From: a virus
DNA length: 64,000 nt
Reading direction: 5' to 3' (one strand)
IMG/VR virus record: IMGVR_UViG_3300036790_000317
Coordinates: 33,921 to 97,920 of that record
Each line of letters begins with the position of its first letter. Within the stretch, counting starts at the first letter, position 1. The position numbers and the translations under genes were made by a program. Under the pieces are notes generated by a model that saw nothing but the letters and a program-made list of their open reading frames with translations, was not told the origin of the DNA and did no database searches. Positions 27,985 through 34,684 of the stretch are shown in pieces.

Positions 27985-28057
27985 CGCTCCCGGAGGGACT
28001 CGAACCCCCACCCTCCTGATCCGTAATCAGGCGCTCTGTCCGTTGGGCTACAGGAGC
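27985..28057 (-). tRNA. tRNA-Arg(ACG)
   Basis: Cloverleaf; loop TT-ACG-GA. Confidence 0.92.
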
Positions 28058-28099
28058 ATGATCATCATCTTGCTGGCAATCAAAGCAATGATGGCAGTG

Positions 28100-28171
28100 T
28101 GGGCAGTGAAGGAATCGAACCTTCGGCCACCGGCTTGTCGAGCCGGTGCTCTCCCACTGAGCTAACCGCCC
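28100..28171 (-). tRNA. tRNA-Val(GAC)
   Basis: Cloverleaf; loop TC-GAC-AA (C33). Confidence 0.9.
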
Positions 28172-28217
28172 GTAATTAAGCAGTCCGGTAGTGGTTAGCA
28201 TGTGAATCGTAGCTACG

Positions 28218-28291
28218 CGGCCCCTACCGGGATCGAACCGGCGACCCCCGCCTTGACAGGGCGGTGCTCTAACCAGCTGAGCTAAGAGACC
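28218..28291 (-). tRNA. tRNA-Asp(GTC)
   Basis: Cloverleaf; loop CT-GTC-AA; G73. Confidence 0.93.
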
Positions 28292-28375
28292 TTGTGCTTA
28301 CCGTGTGCCACGTACGCTTATTGGCTGTTCCCGTGGCCCCGCAAGCTCTACCTGTCGATTCTGGCAAGCAGGATG

Positions 28376-28447
28376 CTCCCCCGGCTGGACTCGAACCAGC
28401 AACCCTGCGGTTAACAGCCGCTCACTCTGCCATTGAGCTACAGGGGA
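28376..28447 (-). tRNA. tRNA-Asn(GTT)
   Basis: U1-A72, G73; loop CT-GTT-AA. Confidence 0.92.
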
Positions 28448-28496
28448 ACGTAGAGATCAGGATCATGATGGCAGTCAAAAGATTCCTGGCTATTAG

Positions 28497-28570
28497 TAGC
28501 GGAGGGTGGATTTGAACCACCAATCTGTGGATTATGAGCCCACCGGGATACCGAATTTCCCTACTCCGCG
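28497..28570 (-). tRNA. tRNA-fMet(CAT), initiator-type
   Basis: Unpaired C1xU72; GGG in anticodon stem; loop CT-CAT-AA. Confidence 0.85.
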
Positions 28571-28694
28571 ACGCATGCTGTTTTCATTACTAACTATATG
28601 CTGTGGAACCCGATGACGCAACCACAACGACCAGATAAGTAGTTAAAGATCACGTCACCGGGCGGCACTAGGGCGGGCGAGCCCTAGTGCGCTG

Positions 28695-28766
28695 TACCTC
28701 CACGGGGACTCGAACCCCGTTCCGAGGATTGAAGGTCCTCGATCCTAACCTATGGACGATGGAGGC
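28695..28766 (-). tRNA. tRNA-Glu(TTC)
   Basis: Cloverleaf; loop CC-TTC-AA (C33). Confidence 0.88.
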
Positions 28767-28866
28767 ATAAGCAGGTGCTCATGACCGGTGCTAGCAACCC
28801 TCATGAACTTGCCCGGGACTCTTACCACTCGACACCCGGGTCCTCAGGCTGCCTGCTACAGCCCCG

Positions 28867-28939
28867 TGCCCCGTACCGGAATCGAACCGGTGATTTCCTG
28901 ACTGAGAATCAGGCGTCATAACCGCTAGACTAACAGGGC
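28867..28939 (-). tRNA. tRNA-Glu(CTC)
   Basis: Cloverleaf; loop TT-CTC-AG. Confidence 0.9.
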
Positions 28940-29017
28940 TGGTGATTCCCGGGTGCTATCGGGGGGAACCGGAGAACGCCACGTAGCTGAACCACGGGGG
29001 CCTGCACCCGGAAATCG

Positions 29018-29090
29018 TGCGTCACGCCGGGATCGAACCGGCGGCCATCCGCTTAGAAGGCGGGGCTCTGTCCAGCTGAGCTAGTGACGC
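29018..29090 (-). tRNA. tRNA-Arg(TCT)
   Basis: Stem CCGC/GCGG around CT-TCT-AA; one nt short at D/anticodon junction. Confidence 0.82.
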
Positions 29091-29097
29091 ATGAGGT

Positions 29098-29262
29098 TTA
29101 CAGCTTCGCTGCCAGCAGCCCGAGGACCCGGGCAACTTCTTTGGTAACGAGATTTTGCGCAGCTTCTTGGTCCTGCGGGCTTTCGATATCCGTGATGAGG
29201 TCTTCGATAGCAGCCTTGACCTTCTTGGCGAGAAGTGACTGGAGCGTTTCCAGCAAATCCAT
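29098..29262 (-). CDS. Small helical hypothetical protein (54 aa)
   Basis: GGAGG RBS; MDLLETLQ...LLAAKL; below ORF-track cutoff. Confidence 0.55.
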   Translation of the reverse strand: MDLLETLQSLLAKKVKAAIEDLITDIESPQDQEAAQNLVTKEVARVLGLLAAKL

Positions 29263-29283
29263 GTATCCTCCACCGTTCGGCTG

Positions 29284-29354
29284 TGCCCCGCCAAGGAATC
29301 GAACCCTGACCCACCGGGTAAAAACCGGCTACGCTGCCATTACGCCACCGAGGC
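29284..29354 (-). tRNA. tRNA-Lys(TTT)
   Basis: Loop TT-TTT-AC; one acceptor mismatch. Confidence 0.82.
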
Positions 29355-29358
29355 CCCG

Positions 29359-29431
29359 TGACGAGAGATGGACTCGAACCACCGCCCTGCGAGTTATGGG
29401 CCCGCTGCTCTGCCTCCTGAGCTATCTCGTC
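29359..29431 (-). tRNA. tRNA-Met(CAT) elongator (or Ile2)
   Basis: Fully paired acceptor; loop CC-CAT-AA (C33). Confidence 0.85.
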
Positions 29432-29442
29432 ATAACAGCATA

Positions 29443-29820
29443 CTATGTCATCGTTACCACTGCGCCAGCAGCCTTGAAGATTTTCTCAGCAGCCTCAGCT
29501 TTTTCTTTCGGCACCCTTTCCAGTATCTTGACCGGTGCCGCCTCGGCCAGGTCCTTGGACTCCTTCAAGCCGAGGCCGGTGAGAACCCGGATCTCCTTGA
29601 TGACCTGGATTTTCTTATCACCTGCTGATTCTAGCATGATCGTAAACTCGGTCTGCTCATCAGCAGGCTCTTCGGGTGGCACTATCACATCGGTGATGGC
29701 TGGCAGCGGCACGTCGGCTGTGACATCAAACTTGTCCTCGAACATCTTGCGGAACTCCGCAAGCTCAGAAAGCCGCATGTTCTCGAACGTGCTCAGCAGA
29801 GTATCCAGGTTAACGTCCAT
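29443..29820 (-). CDS. rplL: 50S ribosomal protein L7/L12 (bL12)
   Basis: ELAEF.K.FEDKFDVTA N-domain; EQTEF..LESAGDKKIQVIKEIR.LTGLGLKE.KDL C-domain. Confidence 0.95.
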   Translation of the reverse strand: MDVNLDTLLSTFENMRLSELAEFRKMFEDKFDVTADVPLPAITDVIVPPEEPADEQTEFTIMLESAGDKKIQVIKEIRVLTGLGLKESKDLAEAAPVKILERVPKEKAEAAEKIFKAAGAVVTMT

Positions 29821-29841
29821 CGTTTTCCTTCCTTACGGAGG

Positions 29842-29916
29842 TGGGCAAGGGAGGATTTGAACCTCCGGTCTACCGCGTATCAGACGGTTGCTCTGACCAG
29901 GCTGAGCTACCTGCCC
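29842..29916 (-). tRNA. tRNA-Ile(GAT)
   Basis: Cloverleaf; loop CT-GAT-AC. Confidence 0.92.
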
Positions 29917-29933
29917 GTCATGTGCCTTTCACG

Positions 29934-30194
29934 TTAGTCTATGACCGGCAAGCCATGCAGAAAACGCTCAACATCTGAGCGGTAGGTAACTATCCCGTGA
30001 GGAGATCCCGGATGAGAGTTATCTACGTACCGCATGAGGCCGTGGTCATAAAGCTGGCCGGTGCAAGAACTAACCGTCTGCCCGGTCATCCACTTGTTAA
30101 ATTCACCTCTCTGCTGACCTAGAATTACGTTCAGGTCATCATCTGTCAGCCCGAGTGGGCAGCTTTGCCTCATCTTTATCATTTCTGTCATCAT
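29934..30194 (-). CDS. Hypothetical protein
   Basis: ORF fills space between tRNAs. Confidence 0.55.
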   Translation of the reverse strand: MMTEMIKMRQSCPLGLTDDDLNVILGQQRGEFNKWMTGQTVSSCTGQLYDHGLMRYVDNSHPGSPHGIVTYRSDVERFLHGLPVID

Positions 30195-30202
30195 CTCTTC
30201 AG

Positions 30203-30276
30203 TTGGCCTGGGAGGACTTGAACCTCCTGCCTCCCGCGTATAAGACGGGCGCTCTCACCAGATGAGCTACAGGCCA
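30203..30276 (-). tRNA. tRNA-Ile(TAT)
   Basis: Clean cloverleaf; stem CCCGT/GCGGG; loop CT-TAT-AC; A73. Confidence 0.88.
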
Positions 30277-30321
30277 CCGACATCTGGCTGCTCAGCCAGT
30301 CAGGAACATGCACTCCCGGAG

Positions 30322-30405
30322 CGGAAGACGGAGGTGCCGACCCCCCAGGACCTTCGCCCTGCGCCGGTTTTCAAGACCGGATGCCCCGCCGGGAGCGCGT
30401 CTTCC
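30322..30405 (-). tRNA. tRNA-Ser(TGA)
   Basis: GGAAGAC acceptor, long variable arm, G73; atypical T-loop. Confidence 0.78.
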
Positions 30406-30618
30406 ATAGTCATGCTTATTCTTTTTCTTCTTTTACCATCTTTCTGCTGACCCGCCTGACCTGGCCACCCATAGCCCGGAGTGCTGCTGGCGGGATCCGG
30501 TACGCATCTCCGTTGCTGGCATGCTTCCATGGCTTGCAAAGCTGGCAGCCTTTCCAGCGCCTGGTGCTCGTTCTCGGCATGACACGCCCTTGCTGGCTAT
30601 CAGGATGGTTGTGGCAAG

Positions 30619-30701
30619 CGGAAGACGGAGGGCACGATCCCCACGCCTTACGGCGCGTGCCGGCTAGCAACCGGCCCCCGGCCCCGCCGGGTTCGTCTTC
30701 C
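30619..30701 (-). tRNA. tRNA-Ser(GCT)
   Basis: GGAAGAC acceptor, long variable arm; atypical T-loop. Confidence 0.78.
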
Positions 30702-30745
30702 GAGGCTGCCTGGCCACGGCAGCAACGGCCGGGGTGATTTCTTCG

Positions 30746-30828
30746 TGCGCGGGGAGGGATTCGAACCCTCATGCCCTTGCAGGCACACGCTCCTGAGGCG
30801 TGCGCGTATACCGTTCCGCCACCTGCGC
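30746..30828 (-). tRNA. tRNA-Leu(CAG)
   Basis: Long variable arm; loop CT-CAG-GA. Confidence 0.92.
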
Positions 30829-30832
30829 AAGG

Positions 30833-30887
30833 TTGCCGTTGCAAGATTCGAACTCGCGGCAGGCGCCTGCCAGGCAGGCAACGGCAA
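30833..30887 (-). ncRNA. Truncated tRNA-like element (acceptor + T-arm + single hairpin)
   Basis: TGCCGTT/AACGGCA stem, GCGAG-TTCGAAT-CTTGC, GCCTGC/GCAGGC; 55 nt. Confidence 0.55.
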
Positions 30888-30889
30888 CG

Positions 30890-30962
30890 AGCGGACGACC
30901 GGGATCGAACCGGCGGCCTTCACCTTGGCAAGGTGACGCGCTTCCTGCTGCGCCACGTCCGC
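30890..30962 (-). tRNA. tRNA-Gly(GCC)
   Basis: Cloverleaf; U73. Confidence 0.93.
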
Positions 30963-31011
30963 AAGCCTCCCCGGAGAGAGGGTCTTTCTAACTGCTCATG
31001 GCTGGTGCTGC

Positions 31012-31632
31012 TTATGCTGACACTAGCAGCCCGGCCGGGACGTCGAATTCGTTCAGGCCACAGTTCTGCTCGCAGTGGCAGGGCAGCTTAGTGCCCTCGG
31101 TGAATGCTTCCCATTCAGCCCTGGTGTAGACGTGGTGACCGATCAGGTACTCGTCCACGTCGTCCTGCACCGGGAACTCGCCAGCCTTGACCCGGTTGAT
31201 GAATTCCTGGTACGCACGCGGCGTAAACTCTACCGGCTCGGCGTCTGGATCTTTGGTGTCGGTCACCAGGATAACCGTCGGCTGCCGCGGTACACCCATA
31301 CTGATTTCCACGCAGTTGCCGTTGGCATGTGAACGACTGGACGTGAGCGGCTCGGCGCCAACTTCCACGCAGTTGCCGCCCGTCGGGCCAGACCGGCTAG
31401 ACGTGCGCCGCGCTCCGATCTGCACGCACTGGCCGTCGGACACGCTGAGTGACGACTTAAGCGCACCGCCGATCTGCACGCACTGGCCGTTGGAGAAGCT
31501 GAGTGACGACGTGTGCAGCGCGTCCACCTGAACGCACCCACCATTGGTAACGCTGAGCGGCGACTTGAACGCCCGGCCGACACCGACGCATCCGTCGCTG
31601 CTGCACCGTGAGCTAACTTTCCATCCTTGCAT
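31012..31632 (-). CDS. DUF397 domain protein with six tandem N-terminal repeats
   Basis: Repeated (K/T)SS.S...G.CV(E/Q)V; V.DTKDP; FT...Y.EF...VKAGEF. Confidence 0.85.
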   Translation of the reverse strand: MQGWKVSSRCSSDGCVGVGRAFKSPLSVTNGGCVQVDALHTSSLSFSNGQCVQIGGALKSSLSVSDGQCVQIGARRTSSRSGPTGGNCVEVGAEPLTSSRSHANGNCVEISMGVPRQPTVILVTDTKDPDAEPVEFTPRAYQEFINRVKAGEFPVQDDVDEYLIGHHVYTRAEWEAFTEGTKLPCHCEQNCGLNEFDVPAGLLVSA

Positions 31633-31669
31633 AACTTCCAGTTCCCTTCGTCCGGGATTTTTCTTGCCG

Positions 31670-31741
31670 AGCCTCCGCCCGGTGCTGACCCGGGGACCTC
31701 CACCGTACCAGGGTGGTGCTCTTCCGCTGAGCTATGGAGGC
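31670..31741 (-). tRNA. tRNA-Thr(GGT)
   Basis: Cloverleaf; atypical T-loop GTCAGCA. Confidence 0.85.
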
Positions 31742-31782
31742 ATAAACAAAATGCTCTTGGCTGTCACACCTGCAATGGCTGA

Positions 31783-31935
31783 TTACAGCGCGTTAACAAA
31801 CTTCGCCATCGAGCTGGCTGCCGAATGCAGCCCGTTATAAGCGTGGCGCGTAAATGTGGCAGCACCCACGGGCTGGGTAGCAATATAGAAAATGATGAAC
31901 AGCGCCACTGCCCAGGTAATAGCCTTTTTCAGCAT
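31783..31935 (-). CDS. Small membrane protein (50 aa)
   Basis: MLKKAITWAVALFIIFYIATQP...; one TM helix; below ORF-track cutoff. Confidence 0.55.
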   Translation of the reverse strand: MLKKAITWAVALFIIFYIATQPVGAATFTRHAYNGLHSAASSMAKFVNAL

Positions 31936-31936
31936 G

Positions 31937-32008
31937 TTCGCGGAAGTGGATTCGAACCACTATAGACGACTCCAAAGGTCATCGTCCTGCCAGTTAGACG
32001 ATCCGCGA
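31937..32008 (-). tRNA. tRNA-Gln(TTG)
   Basis: U1-A72; loop CT-TTG-GA. Confidence 0.88.
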
Positions 32009-32072
32009 TCGTGTACGTCAGCTAAAACATTCTCTGTTGCAACTGTACGATGGCTGTTATTAGATTTCTGGA

Positions 32073-32148
32073 TGGAGCCTGCTGCAGGTCTCGAACCCGC
32101 CACCTGCCCTTTACAGGAGGGCTGCTCTGCCACATGAGCTAAGCAGGC
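32073..32148 (-). tRNA. tRNA-Thr(TGT)
   Basis: Encoded CCA; loop CC-TGT-AA (C33). Confidence 0.92.
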
Positions 32149-32186
32149 CAAGATCCTCATGGCTGTCATGCCTTCACTGGATATCG

Positions 32187-32272
32187 TACGCCCGCCCGGA
32201 CTCGAACCGGGAAGCTCCTCGCGGAGCACAGCCACCTCAAGGCTGCGCGTCTGCCCATTCCGCCACGAGCGC
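32187..32272 (-). tRNA. tRNA-Leu(GAG)
   Basis: Long variable arm; loop TT-GAG-GT. Confidence 0.9.
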
Positions 32273-32276
32273 AATG

Positions 32277-32349
32277 AGCCGCCGACAGGTCTTGAACCTG
32301 CCACCTTCCCATTACGAGTGGGACGCTCTGCCTGATGAGCTACAGCGGC
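32277..32349 (-). tRNA. tRNA-Thr(CGT)
   Basis: Cloverleaf; loop CT-CGT-AA. Confidence 0.92.
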
Positions 32350-32373
32350 GTAAAATCAGTACATGGAATAACG

Positions 32374-32446
32374 CTCCCGACCCTGGATTCGAACCAGGAC
32401 CATCCGCGCTCAGAACGCGGCGTCCTACCAATTAGACTAATCGGGA
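32374..32446 (-). tRNA. tRNA-Gln(CTG)
   Basis: U1-A72, G73; loop TT-CTG-AG. Confidence 0.92.
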
Positions 32447-32452
32447 ATGATG

Positions 32453-32522
32453 AGCCTCCTCCACGAATCAGGCATGGACAGCCTCTCTTATCAGAAGAGG
32501 AGACGCGGTCTCGGACGGAAGC
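32453..32522 (-). ncRNA. Degenerate tRNA-like cloverleaf (GAT in anticodon position)
   Basis: All four stems pair but D- and T-loop consensus lost (T-loop CCTGATT). Confidence 0.5.
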
Positions 32523-32523
32523 G

Positions 32524-32598
32524 TGCGCAAGGCGAGATTCGAACTCGCATTCCACGGGGTTTGAGCCCGCGAGCATTACCAGTTAGCGTTACTTGCGC
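32524..32598 (-). tRNA. tRNA-Leu(CAA), short variable loop
   Basis: Loop CT-CAA-AC; A73; weak D-stem. Confidence 0.82.
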
Positions 32599-32599
32599 G

Positions 32600-32672
32600 T
32601 GCGCCGGGAGAGGATCGAACTCCCAACCCCCTGGGTAAGAGCCAGGTACTCTGCCAATTGAGTTACCGGCGC
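32600..32672 (-). tRNA. tRNA-Lys(CTT)
   Basis: Cloverleaf; loop CT-CTT-AC. Confidence 0.92.
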
Positions 32673-32843
32673 ATAAGATGCCGGGCTGCCTGCGGAAGCC
32701 CCACCACAAGCTGGGCAGGCACGGGAAGGAACCCGGCATCATTGATGCTCATGTCACCACGGCGCCCGCTATGCGCTAGCTTTACCTGCCCATTTGAAGC
32801 ACAGTCCGTAGCGTATTCTCGGAGAATACTGGCATAAGCACCG

Positions 32844-32914
32844 AGCGGACGACAGGGATCGAACCTGCGTTCCCAGCTTGGAAGGCTGGCACACTACCAT
32901 TGTGTTACGCCCGC
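32844..32914 (-). tRNA. tRNA-Gly(TCC)
   Basis: Cloverleaf; U73. Confidence 0.92.
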
Positions 32915-32962
32915 GAAGTGTCAGGAGACGACGGGCCGGCCGTCGCCTCCTGCCACAGGTCA

Positions 32963-33250
32963 TTACGCTTGGCTGCGGTCTGAGACGAAGGCCCTGAACG
33001 CGGCACCTGGCCGGAACTTCGGTATCACGGACGGGGCGACGTCGATCATCTGCCCCGTAGCCGGGTTCCGCGCGGTCCGTGCCGGGCGATGGTGCGCTTC
33101 GAAGATTCCGAAACCGGCGATAGATACCTTGGTACCATCGCTTACCGCGTCCATGATGGCGTTCAGCACCGCTTCGGTGCACCGTAGAGCCTCGGCTCTG
33201 CTGATGTCCAGCTCGTCAGAGACCACTTCTGTCAGCTCTCGTTTATTCAA
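32963..33250 (-). CDS. hup: HU family DNA-binding protein
   Basis: (M)NKREL...VSIAGFGIFE...ARTARNPATG...PKFRPG; TTG start with GGAG RBS. Confidence 0.93.
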   Translation of the reverse strand: MNKRELTEVVSDELDISRAEALRCTEAVLNAIMDAVSDGTKVSIAGFGIFEAHHRPARTARNPATGQMIDVAPSVIPKFRPGAAFRAFVSDRSQA

Positions 33251-33286
33251 TGGATTACTCTCCAATCGGGGTGGCAATCACCACCG

Positions 33287-33359
33287 TGGCTCTCCCCCGG
33301 ATCGAACAGGGAACCTCACGGGCTTCAACCGTGCGCTCTTCCAGTTGAGCTAAAGAGCC
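33287..33359 (-). tRNA. tRNA-Phe(GAA)
   Basis: Cloverleaf; loop TT-GAA-GC. Confidence 0.9.
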
Positions 33360-33739
33360 TTGCAGTAGTTCACCGGCTATCAACGATAACAAGGCTGCTA
33401 GCGGTTGTCGTACTTTCGGCGTGGCCTCTTCCGCAAACCTACGGGCGGGGTGCCATGCGCTGGTGTCCCGCTGTTGCCACCAGTCTTACGGATTGTCTTC
33501 TTCGCGCTGCCACCTCTGGCGTATTTAAGACGCAGTTTGATCTCTTCCATTACTTTACCTTCTTGTTTCCTCGGGCTTTCTTGTGCAGCTTGATCTTCCT
33601 GGACAGTCCCATACCGTGCTTGCCTGATTTCATAGCCCGGTGACGACGCTGCTTACGTGATATGGTATTGCCTTCATGTCGTGGCATTTTTCGGCTAGTT
33701 AAAGGCCAGCGCAGTGATGCCTCTAGATGGATTTTTCCG

Positions 33740-33813
33740 TCGGGGTAGGGTGACTTGAACACCCGGCCTCACGCTCCCGAAGCGTGCGCGCTTCCACACT
33801 GCGCCATACCCCG
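33740..33813 (-). tRNA. tRNA-Pro(CGG)
   Basis: C1-G72, A73. Confidence 0.92.
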
Positions 33814-33832
33814 TAGGCTGCGTTACCAGCCG

Positions 33833-33906
33833 TCTGAGTGGCAGGGTTCGAACCTGCGGCCTCCTGGTCCCAAACCAGGCGCGCTGCCAAACTGCGCTAC
33901 ACCCAG
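33833..33906 (-). tRNA. tRNA-Pro(TGG)
   Basis: C1-G72, A73. Confidence 0.92.
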
Positions 33907-33940
33907 ATATATCAGCAAAACAGTGGTTAGGCTATTGATG

Positions 33941-34013
33941 TGGAGATGACGCGGATCGAACGCGTTGCCTTCCGCTTGCAAGGCGGATGCTCTGCCAGTT
34001 GAGCTACATCCCC
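33941..34013 (-). tRNA. tRNA-Ala(TGC)
   Basis: G3:U70 identity pair. Confidence 0.93.
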
Positions 34014-34127
34014 TTGAACCCCCGGCTCACGGTTAACTGAGTGGAGCATTATACACGGAAAACCGTGATACCGAGGGAACTGCGCCAGGGAGGAAGGAAC
34101 ACGGCTGAATCATACTCCCCGGCAGCG

Positions 34128-34201
34128 TGGAGCTGGCCGGGTACGATCCGGCGACCTCTTCGTTGCGAACGAAGCGCTGCTACCAGCTGAGCTACAGCCC
34201 C
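34128..34201 (-). tRNA. tRNA-Ala(CGC)
   Basis: G3:U70; atypical T-loop ATCGTAC. Confidence 0.87.
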
Positions 34202-34374
34202 AGAGGCGGGAAACTCGCTTACTACCCTATAGCAGCCAAGTTTCCCGCCAGTATTGCATGATCATCCAGTTATGCCCCGGCCGCCCATGCTGGTCACCAG
34301 CTCGTTAGCGTCTGCCGGGGGGACGGTCGCCGGACCATCCGGCGCCTAGCCCGCCACCCTTAAGTTGTCTTGCG

Positions 34375-34447
34375 CTGGGGCGGAAGGATTCGAACCTTCA
34401 ACTTCCGGTTTTGGAGACCGGCGCTCTTCCAGTTGAGCTACGACCCA
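34375..34447 (-). tRNA. tRNA-Trp(CCA)
   Basis: Loop CT-CCA-AA; G73. Confidence 0.92.
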
Positions 34448-34473
34448 ATGTGCTGTGTTCTGTGCATAAAACT

Positions 34474-34512
34474 ACTCTACTTTAGTGGCTACTACGCTGC
34501 AAATTTTTAATT
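34474..34512 (-). promoter_or_regulatory. Sigma70-type promoter driving tRNA array
   Basis: TTGCAG-17 nt-TAGAGT with AT-rich UP element, just upstream of first tRNA. Confidence 0.65.
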
Positions 34513-34684
34513 CTCAAGATGTTAAAAAATACAGCGGCTACCATGCCGTACCTGACTGCACGTTCTAATGTACAGTCCGAAGCTAGGTCAGGCAACCACC
34601 TTCACAGACATGATGGCTGGCAGCTAGCCGTCGGCTGTGGTGCTGCCCCCGGCGCACTGAGGAACGCCGGGGGCAGCGGTCCTG

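Noticed and set aside
29018-29090. Possible amber suppressor tRNA (CTA anticodon)
   Set aside because: Register TT-CTA-AG gives no anticodon stem; CT-TCT-AA is flanked by CCGC/GCGG, so Arg(TCT)
29084-29860. 258-aa plus-strand ORF
   Set aside because: Antisense shadow of rplL and tRNAs
30322-30405. Selenocysteine tRNA
   Set aside because: Anticodon on the coding strand is TGA (Ser), not TCA; acceptor stem is 7 bp
26647-34447. tmRNA, RNase P RNA or 5S rRNA in the array
   Set aside because: No diagnostic termini or conserved motifs seen by eye; would need Infernal to exclude
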